A stretch of 64,000 nucleotides of DNA from a virus: positions 1 to 64,000 of the IMG/VR virus record IMGVR_UViG_3300027833_001604; one strand, 5' to 3'. Positions 38,433 to 47,593 of this stretch are shown here, one piece after another. A model generated the notes under the pieces. That model did no database searches, was not told the origin of the DNA, and was given only the letters and a program-made list of their open reading frames with translations. The position numbers and the translations under genes are program-made. The stretch's first letter is position 1, and each line of letters begins with the position of its first letter.

Positions 38433-39687
38433 TATGCAATACATTGTTAATAACATAAAAAATGCAAATTCCAGAATAATAAATGATATAAAAATCCTAG
38501 AGTTTGAAAACTTCTTCCCTCCAGAACATTTAGAAAAAATGATGTGGGCTACACAGCAGGTTCACTTAATAGACAGTTCTGAGCCTGTTAGTGGATTAAA
38601 GCCAAGTGCGTTTTGCATTAGTGCATTAACCAAAGACCATTTTTTTAGAGATATTAATGCAGAGTTCAAAACAACAGAATTTAAAACAGAATTATTAAAT
38701 AGATTTGGACTGAATAATGTAGATTATTTAATGCAATATTTAGACATTGATATAAGCATACACACAGATCAAGGACATCAATTTGATGATGCACACTCCG
38801 ATCAAAAGAATAACTTATTCTCATTAACCTTACAAATATACCTGCCCGAAACAGATGAAAATGCTGAATACGGAACTATATTTTTTGACAACAAAGGCAA
38901 TGAATTACATACAGTAGAGTTTAGAAAAAATACAGGTTATTGTTTCTTATCACACAACAACAGTTGGCATGCCGGAAAGCCAGGTATAAAGCGTAATAGC
39001 TTCTTTATAAGAATGGACATTAAACCACACTATGAATTTACTTCTAGTGTATTCAATTATGATTCTAATATAGATACATGCTATCTTATATGGGACAAGT
39101 ATATGGAAGTTCCACGTCATTACACAGACTATTTGCTACAAGTATCTATGCTAAATGCACAAGAGCTTGGTATTGAAAACGTTGTAGTTTCACAAGATCC
39201 GTGGAAAAACAAGTGTGCATTGTTACACAAACTAAAAGAACTTGGCTTTAAAAAGGCGTTTATAGTGCTAGGTGGGGTGCATTGGAATACAAAACAAGCA
39301 GGCACATATGCACAAGAATTAGACTTAACTGTTACTGTATGTGGCAGATCTAACTCAGATAGTCCTACGCATTTACTAAGACAGTATGCAGTAATAGATA
39401 TAAATAAAGTTATAGAATTCGAAACAACTCTTCCAGCATATTTTCCAAATACAGAACGTTACTTTGGTGAATGTGTTGATAAAAATGATTTCATCGAAAT
39501 AGATGATGATTTAGCAGACATACAACAGTTCTATCACATGGACGAAGATATAGATGAATGTGATACATTTACAGCATGGGTTAGATGGTCTGATACATAC
39601 GAACACGACGATATTAAATATCTCGAAGCATATAAAGAAAACAATAGGCATTTGACAGGACTAACAAAGTCAATGCACAAAGGATAA
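38425..39687 (+). CDS. 2OG-Fe(II) oxygenase domain fused to unknown C-terminal domain
   Basis: HSD...TLQIYLP...GT...SWH...R. Confidence 0.65.
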   Translation: MSNMQYIVNNIKNANSRIINDIKILEFENFFPPEHLEKMMWATQQVHLIDSSEPVSGLKPSAFCISALTKDHFFRDINAEFKTTEFKTELLNRFGLNNVDYLMQYLDIDISIHTDQGHQFDDAHSDQKNNLFSLTLQIYLPETDENAEYGTIFFDNKGNELHTVEFRKNTGYCFLSHNNSWHAGKPGIKRNSFFIRMDIKPHYEFTSSVFNYDSNIDTCYLIWDKYMEVPRHYTDYLLQVSMLNAQELGIENVVVSQDPWKNKCALLHKLKELGFKKAFIVLGGVHWNTKQAGTYAQELDLTVTVCGRSNSDSPTHLLRQYAVIDINKVIEFETTLPAYFPNTERYFGECVDKNDFIEIDDDLADIQQFYHMDEDIDECDTFTAWVRWSDTYEHDDIKYLEAYKENNRHLTGLTKSMHKG

Positions 39688-39690
39688 ATT

Positions 39691-40341
39691 ATGGTTTACT
39701 TAGCTACAGCATTAATTTTTATAACAAGTGTAATTACACTTTACGCTCTTATTTTAAATAGAAAAAACCCACTCATATTAATGGTGCTAATTCCTGCACT
39801 ATTAACATCTGGTATATATACAGGCTACTCAATATATGCATTACAAGGAACACCTATTTCAACAGGTTTACCAACTAATACACAAGTTGAAATTGTATGG
39901 ATGGAACCTGCTAAGCCAGTTATACGTTTATTACTAAGAATAGAAGGAGATGAAGCTCCTACATATTATAGTATAGATTATACAGAAAAGAATATGGAAG
40001 AATTAAACAAAGCAATTGCACAAGCAGCCGCTCAAGGCAAAGAAGGTGTAGATGGCGAATTTAAACCAAACAATGGTGGTGAAGAAACTGGTGGTGAATT
40101 CTTCTTTGTGCAAAAACCTAAATCATTAGGACCTGTAAAAAAACAACAAGATAAAACACCAGGTTTCTACAGTGAACCAAGACGACCAAATGGTCCTGGC
40201 AGTGATGCAGAAGATAGTGCTGATGCTGACCGTAACGGAATAGGCACTGGATTTGCTAATCCTATCTTTGATAGCTATAAAGGACTTATACTTGAAGAAG
40301 ATCTACACGCATGCGATACACACTTTGGATGCGGTCCATAG
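39691..40341 (+). CDS. membrane protein with low-complexity C-terminus
   Basis: Two N-terminal TM helices, Gly/Pro/acidic tail. Confidence 0.6.
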   Translation: MVYLATALIFITSVITLYALILNRKNPLILMVLIPALLTSGIYTGYSIYALQGTPISTGLPTNTQVEIVWMEPAKPVIRLLLRIEGDEAPTYYSIDYTEKNMEELNKAIAQAAAQGKEGVDGEFKPNNGGEETGGEFFFVQKPKSLGPVKKQQDKTPGFYSEPRRPNGPGSDAEDSADADRNGIGTGFANPIFDSYKGLILEEDLHACDTHFGCGP

Positions 40342-40359
40342 TATTACCCCAAAAAGTCA

Positions 40360-40387
40360 TTGACAACACTAATATGTGTGTTACAAT
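40360..40387 (+). promoter_or_regulatory. sigma70-type promoter of the deoD-folA-thyA operon
   Basis: TTGACA-N16-TACAAT with TG extension. Confidence 0.6.
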
Positions 40388-40413
40388 AAAGAAGTAACAC
40401 TAGAGGATAAATT

Positions 40414-41091
40414 GTGACCCCACATATAGAAGCTAAAAAAGGAGATTATGCTCCTACTGTATTAATGCCTGGCGACCCTTTGCGAGCTAAATGGATTGCT
40501 GAAACATTTTTAGAAGATTGTAAACAAGTTAATGGTATAAGAAATTGCTTAGGCTATACTGGTTACTATAATGGAACTAGAGTAAGTGTTCAAGCAAGTG
40601 GTATGGGACAAGCAAGTTTAGGAATTTATACACATGAGCTATATAATTTTTATGATGTAGAAACTATTATAAGAGTAGGTAGTTGCGGTGGAATGGCAGA
40701 ACATATTAATGTGGGTGATATAGTTGTTGCAATGACGGCTCACAATGAAAGCATTGTAAAGCCTTCAGCCTGGCCTTGTGCTAATATTGAATTGTTAAAT
40801 AAACTTGTTGACAACATACCAGAAGAAAAAGTTCACCATGTGGGACCAATCGTAAGCACAGATCAATTCTATAATGTAAACAAAGACTGGTGGAAACCTT
40901 TAGCTGCTAATGGTATTCTTGCAGTTGAAATGGAAGCTCACTTGTTATATAAGTTAGCTATAAGATTTAACAAAAAAGCACTTGCTGTTTGCACAGTTAG
41001 TGACTTATTAAATAGAAAAGAAAGTATGTCACCGGTTGAACGAGAAACTGGTTTTAGTGACATGATTAACATAGTATTGGACACTATATGA
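40414..41091 (+). CDS. deoD: purine nucleoside phosphorylase (DeoD type)
   Basis: TPHI, PGDPLRA, SGMG, IIRVGSCG, AVEME, CTVSD. Confidence 0.93.
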   Translation: MTPHIEAKKGDYAPTVLMPGDPLRAKWIAETFLEDCKQVNGIRNCLGYTGYYNGTRVSVQASGMGQASLGIYTHELYNFYDVETIIRVGSCGGMAEHINVGDIVVAMTAHNESIVKPSAWPCANIELLNKLVDNIPEEKVHHVGPIVSTDQFYNVNKDWWKPLAANGILAVEMEAHLLYKLAIRFNKKALAVCTVSDLLNRKESMSPVERETGFSDMINIVLDTI

Positions 41092-41363
41092 AAAACGTAA
41101 TTAAATTTTTTAAGAAAAGCTATGCAACTGACCGCACGGCTTTTTATGCAGAAATAGTAGAAACAACATTGCTAATAGTTGCAAGTGCAGTATTGAGTTT
41201 TACAATACTTGATCCTGCAACAAAGATATTTGTTCCACTGTATCTAATAGGCAGTATACTTGCTGTCTTTAGCACATACAGGCGAGGCAGTAGTGCTATT
41301 GTGCTATGTGCTTGGTTTACTGTTATGAACAGTTGGGCATTCTTGCAGTTGTTTGTGCTATGA
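41088..41363 (+). CDS. small multi-TM membrane protein
   Basis: Three hydrophobic helices. Confidence 0.65.
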   Translation: MKNVIKFFKKSYATDRTAFYAEIVETTLLIVASAVLSFTILDPATKIFVPLYLIGSILAVFSTYRRGSSAIVLCAWFTVMNSWAFLQLFVL

Positions 41364-41836
41364 TTAAAGCAATACTGGCATGTGATGATGCGTGGGGCAT
41401 AGGTAAAGACGGAACGCTACCTTGGCCGCACAATGCTGCAGATCAGAAATGGTTTGCACAAACAACAAAGGGTGGTGTTGTTGTAATGGGTAGCACAACA
41501 TGGAAAGATCCAGATATGCCAAAGCCACTGCCAGGACGATATAATGTTGTGGTATCACGTGGTGTAGCCGATGAGGCGCATTGTGTAGTTCCTATGAGTG
41601 AAGTTGAAAAACTATTAGTAGAAGATTTAGAACAGGAAGATGTTTGGATTATTGGCGGGGCTAAACTTGTAAAAGCATTGATGCCAATAATTGATCAATT
41701 GTGGTTAAGTAGAATAACAGGCGTATACGATTGTGATACACACTTACCAGAAGATAATATATTAAAAAACTACAAACTAGTTGATGTTGATACTAGTATC
41801 GATACGTTAAGTATTGAAACATGGAGTAAATTATGA
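41360..41836 (+). CDS. folA: dihydrofolate reductase
   Basis: GIGKDGTLPW, VVMGSTTW, PLPGRYNVVVS, IIGGA, CDT. Confidence 0.93.
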   Translation: MIKAILACDDAWGIGKDGTLPWPHNAADQKWFAQTTKGGVVVMGSTTWKDPDMPKPLPGRYNVVVSRGVADEAHCVVPMSEVEKLLVEDLEQEDVWIIGGAKLVKALMPIIDQLWLSRITGVYDCDTHLPEDNILKNYKLVDVDTSIDTLSIETWSKL

Positions 41837-42714
41837 AAACATATTTAAATGCACTAGGGCATATCCTAGCAAATGGCAAAGAAAAAGGTGACAGAACAGG
41901 AACTGGCACCAAAGGCGTGTTTGGTTATCAAATGCACTTTGATTTAGAAAAAGGATTTCCTGCCGTAACAACCAAAACACTTGCATGGAAAAGTGTTGTA
42001 AGTGAACTGTTATGGTTATTAGAAGGTAGCACAGATGAACGTAGGCTTGCAGAATTACGCTACGGCTTACCACGTGAGGAGTTAGTAGACAAGACTACTA
42101 TTTGGACTGCTAATGCAGATGCACAGGGTGTAGCACTTGGTTATGAAAATACAGATACCGTCAAAGAACTAGGACCAGTATATGGTAAACAATGGCGTGG
42201 ACGCGATACTCGATTCCACATATCAACACACCAAGGCGTGGATCAAATAGCACAAATCATTGAACAAATTAAAACAGACCCAGACAGTAGACGCATTATA
42301 TTAAATGCATGGAACGTCGGCGAAATAGATAAAATGGCATTACCACCATGTCATGCACTTGCACAATTTTATGTAGTAGAAGGCAAACTAAGTTGTCAAC
42401 TGTATCAACGTAGTGCAGATATGTTCTTGGGTGTTCCATTTAATATTGCTAGCTATAGTCTACTTACTCATATGCTTGCACAAATTTGTAATTTAAAAGT
42501 AGGCGAGTTTGTATGGACAGGTGGCGACTGTCACATATATCAAAACCATATGCCACAGGTATTGCAACAGCTTTCACGTAAACCTGCTAAATCACCTGTA
42601 TTAGTTATGCCAGAATTTGCTTCACTTGAAGAAGTGTTAAATAGTAGTATAGAGGATTATGTATTAGAAAACTATGCACCTCTACCTACAATTAAGGCAG
42701 AAATGGCAGTATAA
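41833..42714 (+). CDS. thyA: thymidylate synthase
   Basis: DRTGTGT, PDSRR, LPPCH, YQRSADMFLGVPFNIASY, DCHIY. Confidence 0.96.
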   Translation: MKTYLNALGHILANGKEKGDRTGTGTKGVFGYQMHFDLEKGFPAVTTKTLAWKSVVSELLWLLEGSTDERRLAELRYGLPREELVDKTTIWTANADAQGVALGYENTDTVKELGPVYGKQWRGRDTRFHISTHQGVDQIAQIIEQIKTDPDSRRIILNAWNVGEIDKMALPPCHALAQFYVVEGKLSCQLYQRSADMFLGVPFNIASYSLLTHMLAQICNLKVGEFVWTGGDCHIYQNHMPQVLQQLSRKPAKSPVLVMPEFASLEEVLNSSIEDYVLENYAPLPTIKAEMAV

Positions 42715-42715
42715 T

Positions 42716-43246
42716 ATGGATAAAGAGATTAGAGACAAATACTTTGGTAATAATTGGAATCCCAATTATGATCATTACAAATACAGTGGATGGGCGTTAC
42801 TTGATAAAGTTGAACCCGAAGAAGAAGTATTGGATATTGGTTGCGGCTTTAATCTATTTAAAGATGCGTTTGGCGACAGACTACATGGCATAGATCCTGC
42901 AAATACAAAGGCCGATGAACTTGTTGGTATTATGGAGTTTGAAACAGATAAGCAATGGGACGTTGCATTTGCTTTAGGTAGTTTAAACTTTGGAACAGCA
43001 GAAGAGGTGGAGCCACAAGTAGAAAAAGCAATTAGTTTACTAAAACCAGGTGGACGTATTTACTGGAGGCAAAATCCAGGACTAGGTGACCATCCATGGA
43101 AAGGAATGGAAGAAATTGTTTTCTTCCCATGGAGCATGCAACTTAACTATGAATGGGCAGACAAATTTAAATGTGTAGTAGTTGAATGTAAATGGGATGC
43201 GGAAAGCGATCGAATTTATGCTGAATGGAAGAAATCAACTGTATGA
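42716..43246 (+). CDS. class I SAM-dependent methyltransferase
   Basis: VLDIGCG, GID, LLKPGG. Confidence 0.85.
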   Translation: MDKEIRDKYFGNNWNPNYDHYKYSGWALLDKVEPEEEVLDIGCGFNLFKDAFGDRLHGIDPANTKADELVGIMEFETDKQWDVAFALGSLNFGTAEEVEPQVEKAISLLKPGGRIYWRQNPGLGDHPWKGMEEIVFFPWSMQLNYEWADKFKCVVVECKWDAESDRIYAEWKKSTV

Positions 43247-44235
43247 ATTGGTTAGATAAATTTAATAGTATTAAGGTTGAAATTACTTCGCATTGTAATG
43301 CAAAGTGTCCAGGTTGCACTCGCAACATAACTGGCGGTAAAAATGTTTCAGATTTAAAATTAGATCATATGCCATATGAACTATGGCATAGAGTTATGCA
43401 CGAAGATACCAAAGGCATGGAAATAGTAGAAGTATTGTTTGACGGCAATGTAGGTGATTTCTGTATGAATCCTAAAGCTATTGACTTTATTAAAACGGCC
43501 CATGAAGCACACCCTGATATGTTTATACAAATTAATACCAATGGTGGTGCTAGAACAGAAGAATGGTGGGCAGAGTTTGGCGAGGTTATTGCTGAAATTC
43601 CACATAGAGTAAACTTTGCAATTGATGGATTAGAAGATACACATCATATACACAGACGTTCAACAACATATGAGATAGTTGTGCGTAATATGAAAGCATT
43701 TGTTTCAAAGGGTGGAAATGCTAACTGGATATTTACATACTTTGACCATAACTTACATCAAGTAGACGAAGCAAGAAAACGTGCAATTGATTATGGTTGC
43801 TACTGGTTTCAAACTAGATGGAGTTGTATACCAGGCGAAGATTTGTATGTGAAAACTGACACAGAAGAATACGAAATTGGCACTGAGAACATATATGAAA
43901 TGGAAGAATACATGGATCATATAAGACCTCTAAAACATATGCAACCAGAGTTTGAAGAAGGTGAACATATGTGTCCAGCATATACACAAGGACAGATTAC
44001 TATTGACTTCAGAGGTATATTATGGCCATGCAGTTACATATATTCTACAGAAGTTAGAACACAAGAGTTTGCCAGTCCTTTTCGCATAGAAATGCAACAC
44101 CCCGGCGAAACAATAAGTTTACATAAACACGCATTACCAGATATACTTTCTAATACTTTCTTTAAGGACCAATTACCAGATGCAATAACTAATAAAAAGT
44201 TGAGCATTTGTAACATGTGGTGCTTTAACGACTAA
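43243..44235 (+). CDS. radical SAM/SPASM protein
   Basis: CNAKCPGC, NTNGG, FAIDG; C-terminal C...WPC...C...C. Confidence 0.88.
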   Translation: MNWLDKFNSIKVEITSHCNAKCPGCTRNITGGKNVSDLKLDHMPYELWHRVMHEDTKGMEIVEVLFDGNVGDFCMNPKAIDFIKTAHEAHPDMFIQINTNGGARTEEWWAEFGEVIAEIPHRVNFAIDGLEDTHHIHRRSTTYEIVVRNMKAFVSKGGNANWIFTYFDHNLHQVDEARKRAIDYGCYWFQTRWSCIPGEDLYVKTDTEEYEIGTENIYEMEEYMDHIRPLKHMQPEFEEGEHMCPAYTQGQITIDFRGILWPCSYIYSTEVRTQEFASPFRIEMQHPGETISLHKHALPDILSNTFFKDQLPDAITNKKLSICNMWCFND

Positions 44236-44251
44236 TCCTAAACAGTTATAG

Positions 44252-44258
44252 ATAAATA
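44252..44258 (+). promoter_or_regulatory. late promoter (ATAAATA)
   Basis: Intergenic ATAAATACT upstream of the HtrA-like gene. Confidence 0.6.
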
Positions 44259-44286
44259 CTTATAACTAAAATAGGATGGAATACTA

Positions 44287-45564
44287 GTGAAAAGTTTGAA
44301 AAAAATCACGTTGCTTATGCTTGCAACGGTAATTCTTAGTGTCGTTATCAACTCACACTATAGAAGCATACAAGAAACATTACACGAAGGAATAAGTTGG
44401 GTTTGGAAACAAAACGAAACAGTTGGAGAAGCCCTATATGATACAAATGCATTTCTATTTAACGGCGATGCTTTTGATCATGAACGTAGAATAAAAGATT
44501 ACATCTATAGTTCATTTCCTAGCGTTGTAATGATAAATGTTTTTCCTAACGAACAATCCCAAAATAACCCATTAGTTCAACGCAAGGCTGGACGAGGCAC
44601 TGGATTTTTCGTGTCTGTAGATGATGAATCAGCAACTATAATGACTAACTATCATGTTATAGAAGGTTACATAGGTTCTGAAAATTTACTAGATCTTAAA
44701 ATCAATACTGCAATAGATATGTGGGTATACGAAGCCACAATCATTGGGTATGACATAGTGGCAGACATTGCCCTTATTAAAATACTTAAAAAAGATAACG
44801 AAAAATGGGAAGCACTAGAGTTTGCAGATCCAGAAGAAATCAGCGAAGGCGATCCTGTTGTAGTTATTGGTCATGGTATGAGCTTACCTTGGAACAGCAC
44901 ACAGGGTATTGTTACATATGACGGCAGATTTGGACAACGTCCTTATTCATTAATGCTACAAGTTGATGCAGTTATTAACCAAGGTAACAGTGGCGGACCT
45001 GTTATAGGCACTGACCGTAAAGTATATGGAGTTGCACAATCAATACTAAGCCCAGGTAGAGCAATACCAGGTTGGGATGGTGTAGGATTAGCAGTTGGCT
45101 CCAGACAAGCAAAACGTAGCATGGATTATATTCTATCTGATGCATACGCAGAAAAAGGTTATGTTCCATATTCAGACTTATTGTTTAATACAAAAAACTT
45201 TGAAATAAAAAGTGTTATCGACACTAAACGCGAAGATAGACACATGTCATACTTTAATATACTAGAACCTGATCTAGATGTAAAAGCACCAACTATGGAA
45301 GTTGAACCAGTAAAACTAAATGCAGGACAGATTGCCGGAATGCAAGAAGGTGATATCATACTAGAGTTAAACGGTAAAAGTGTTTATACAGCATTTAAAA
45401 TATTCATCGAAACTATGTATGCAATACCAGGCGACACAGCAACGATTAAAGTATTACGTGGCGAAGAAGAATTAGAGTTTACTTTAGTTTACCAAGAAAT
45501 AGACTTTCAAAAACTAAAAAAATCTATCGAAGACCGTAATAAGTTGCAAAGAGGCGGCAAATAA
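44287..45564 (+). CDS. HtrA/DegS-like trypsin serine protease with PDZ domain
   Basis: N-terminal TM, TNYHV, DIAL, NQGNSGGP, AGMQEGDIILELNG. Confidence 0.9.
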   Translation: MKSLKKITLLMLATVILSVVINSHYRSIQETLHEGISWVWKQNETVGEALYDTNAFLFNGDAFDHERRIKDYIYSSFPSVVMINVFPNEQSQNNPLVQRKAGRGTGFFVSVDDESATIMTNYHVIEGYIGSENLLDLKINTAIDMWVYEATIIGYDIVADIALIKILKKDNEKWEALEFADPEEISEGDPVVVIGHGMSLPWNSTQGIVTYDGRFGQRPYSLMLQVDAVINQGNSGGPVIGTDRKVYGVAQSILSPGRAIPGWDGVGLAVGSRQAKRSMDYILSDAYAEKGYVPYSDLLFNTKNFEIKSVIDTKREDRHMSYFNILEPDLDVKAPTMEVEPVKLNAGQIAGMQEGDIILELNGKSVYTAFKIFIETMYAIPGDTATIKVLRGEEELEFTLVYQEIDFQKLKKSIEDRNKLQRGGK

Positions 45565-45568
45565 TAGG

Positions 45569-45597
45569 TTGACATAACCAAGAGTTCTTGTTATAAT
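45569..45597 (+). promoter_or_regulatory. sigma70 early promoter with CAAGAGTTCTTG spacer element
   Basis: TTGACA-N17-TATAAT. Confidence 0.85.
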
Positions 45598-45631
45598 ATA
45601 GTTTATATACAATATAACTATGGAGAACAAG

Positions 45632-47023
45632 ATGAAATACCTATCGCTATTGCTAGTGTTCATGACATCAGCATGCGTTGTAGCTGAAACAACCCCTCAG
45701 TTACGACCAGCTTCTTTTCAAACTACACAAAATACACTGCCGCTGATGCAATCATCAGGTGCAATTGACCATTCTTATTACGCAAAATCAGATTTTGTAA
45801 ATTTAACAATTCCTGAAGACTTTCAATTTGTTAACACAGTAAAACTTAAATATTTACTATCAACTGGTAAATGGCGAGATTATGCATTATTCAGTCACCA
45901 AGTAAGAAAGTTTAAAACTAGTTACAACTGTAAGGCTAGATTAAAAGATTTTGGTATTACATCTCAGACTAAAATGGTTGAGACTAGAAAAGAAGATTAT
46001 GCAGATGCTGCCAAAGCCGGATTTCGAAAGATAATAATATGTGCTGAAGACGTGGGTGGATTGATTCATTTAGATTATCCATGGATAACCGAACAAATGG
46101 CAGAGATTATCTTATATCATGCAACAGAACGTAATGTTATTGAAGATGGCGTAACACATATGCCTAGTCAAGTGCAATATGCAAAGTATATGGTAATGGC
46201 ACAGGACGCTGAGTTCTACGCTTATTTCAAGGATTTGATGCCTTTAACCCCACCAGAACATGCGACTATTACTGCATACTTTGATGAAATATTCATGGGT
46301 AATATATTCCATCCACAACAACGCAGACAACAGTGTAATGTAAACTATCCAAGCCTAATTGCATCAACTGGTGAACATGGACAACACGGTTGCGGCACCA
46401 ATGGAACAGCCATGCTTCAGGCCTCATTAGCGTATGCATTGTCTACAAATAACAATAAACTATTTGAACGTGCAAAAGCAAACTTAACATATTGGTTAGG
46501 CACATTTGACAATGACGGAATACATGTATTACAAGCATCACGTGGAGCGGCATTAGGATATCATAAAGATATTAGTATTCGTTTAGGGTCTATAACTGAA
46601 GTTATGCAAACAATAGATTATGATTTCTTAGAACACACAATGCCACGTAGTGGAATTAAAGTTCATGAAGTATTAGATACACATTTCGAAATTCTAAACA
46701 ATCATAAACTAGTTGGAAAGTATGCAAAATATAATAATGGAGTATGGGATAAATGGTCGTCAATTTCAAACTTATCAACTGAAGCGGCAAACCGTAAAAT
46801 CAGTGGATTTGGTTGGTGGCATATTGCAAACGCTAATAGACGTTATGTAATAAACTACAGAAAACAACCCACTATGATGCGAGGTAAACTTATAGATTGG
46901 CAAGAATGGATTAAGAAAGATCTAAATACAGGACCACAAGATAGATGGGATGCAGCAGGTGAATTTTGGAAACATGCACTAATACCTGCTCAATATATGT
47001 ATGAAATTAACGAATCTAGGTAG
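45632..47023 (+). CDS. exported alginate-lyase-like (alpha/alpha toroid) protein
   Basis: Signal or lipobox-like MTSAC; LFERAK...DNDG...RGAALGYH. Confidence 0.5.
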   Translation: MKYLSLLLVFMTSACVVAETTPQLRPASFQTTQNTLPLMQSSGAIDHSYYAKSDFVNLTIPEDFQFVNTVKLKYLLSTGKWRDYALFSHQVRKFKTSYNCKARLKDFGITSQTKMVETRKEDYADAAKAGFRKIIICAEDVGGLIHLDYPWITEQMAEIILYHATERNVIEDGVTHMPSQVQYAKYMVMAQDAEFYAYFKDLMPLTPPEHATITAYFDEIFMGNIFHPQQRRQQCNVNYPSLIASTGEHGQHGCGTNGTAMLQASLAYALSTNNNKLFERAKANLTYWLGTFDNDGIHVLQASRGAALGYHKDISIRLGSITEVMQTIDYDFLEHTMPRSGIKVHEVLDTHFEILNNHKLVGKYAKYNNGVWDKWSSISNLSTEAANRKISGFGWWHIANANRRYVINYRKQPTMMRGKLIDWQEWIKKDLNTGPQDRWDAAGEFWKHALIPAQYMYEINESR

Positions 47024-47088
47024 TTAACATACACTATATAGTGCCATTAAACGCTAACTAATTGGTGATTGGCACTATATATTGTTAA
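47024..47088. repeat. inverted repeat/hairpin
   Basis: tatatagtgcca (47035-47046) / tggcactatata (47070-47081), outer ttaaca/tgttaa. Confidence 0.8.
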
Positions 47089-47092
47089 AAGG

Positions 47093-47121
47093 TTGACAAT
47101 ATCAACTAAATATCTTATAAT
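47093..47121 (+). promoter_or_regulatory. sigma70 promoter
   Basis: TTGACA-N17-TATAAT. Confidence 0.85.
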
Positions 47122-47144
47122 AGTGTAGTAATAAAAAAATTAAG

Positions 47145-47211
47145 GTTAGTGAAAGGGATGGGATCAGTTGTGACCGCTGAAGCTCACACTAACATAACAA
47201 AATCGGTCACG
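47145..47211 (+). ncRNA. candidate pseudoknotted 5' UTR RNA (riboswitch-like)
   Basis: gttagtg/cactaac stem, tcag/ctga inner stem, loop gtgaccg pairs with downstream cggtcac. Confidence 0.55.
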
Positions 47212-47231
47212 AAAACGTAGGAGAAATAACT

Positions 47232-47453
47232 ATGTTAGATAAAATCAAAGGTGTAGTAGCTGGCGGTGTTGATATTGGTGTAATGCTAATTGGACTTGCT
47301 ATCGTGCTACAAATAGTATTTGGTGGATCTGTGCCTTTCTTAGGTGGAGATGTTATCGGAACTGTTATTGGAATAGTTGGACAACTTGGTTCAGCTGGAC
47401 TAACTGGTCTTATTGCCGCAGCAGTTTTGTGGAAACTATTTGATCGTGACTAA
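47232..47453 (+). CDS. small Gly-rich membrane protein
   Basis: AGGAG RBS, hydrophobic GxxxG-rich helices; own promoter and terminator. Confidence 0.8.
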   Translation: MLDKIKGVVAGGVDIGVMLIGLAIVLQIVFGGSVPFLGGDVIGTVIGIVGQLGSAGLTGLIAAAVLWKLFDRD

Positions 47454-47454
47454 G

Positions 47455-47474
47455 ATATATTACTAGTAATATAT
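47455..47474. repeat. perfect 20-bp palindrome
   Basis: ATATATTACTAGTAATATAT. Confidence 0.8.
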
Positions 47475-47480
47475 TTACTT

Positions 47481-47512
47481 AAAACCCATGTATTTTTTAC
47501 ATGGGTTTTTTT
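47481..47512 (+). terminator. rho-independent terminator
   Basis: aaaacccatgta-loop-tacatgggtttt plus T tract. Confidence 0.88.
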
Positions 47513-47593
47513 ATGACTAATGTAAATAAAGGTAGACCTTAGTATGTAATAAATGTTATAATAGCTACATACATTAAAACGAAGAGAAAGATT

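Noticed and set aside
37347-40341. Zorya defence system
   Set aside because: The MotA-like protein is only 147 aa with no long ZorA tail, the partner lacks a recognisable OmpA-like domain, and no ZorC/D/E genes are adjacent.
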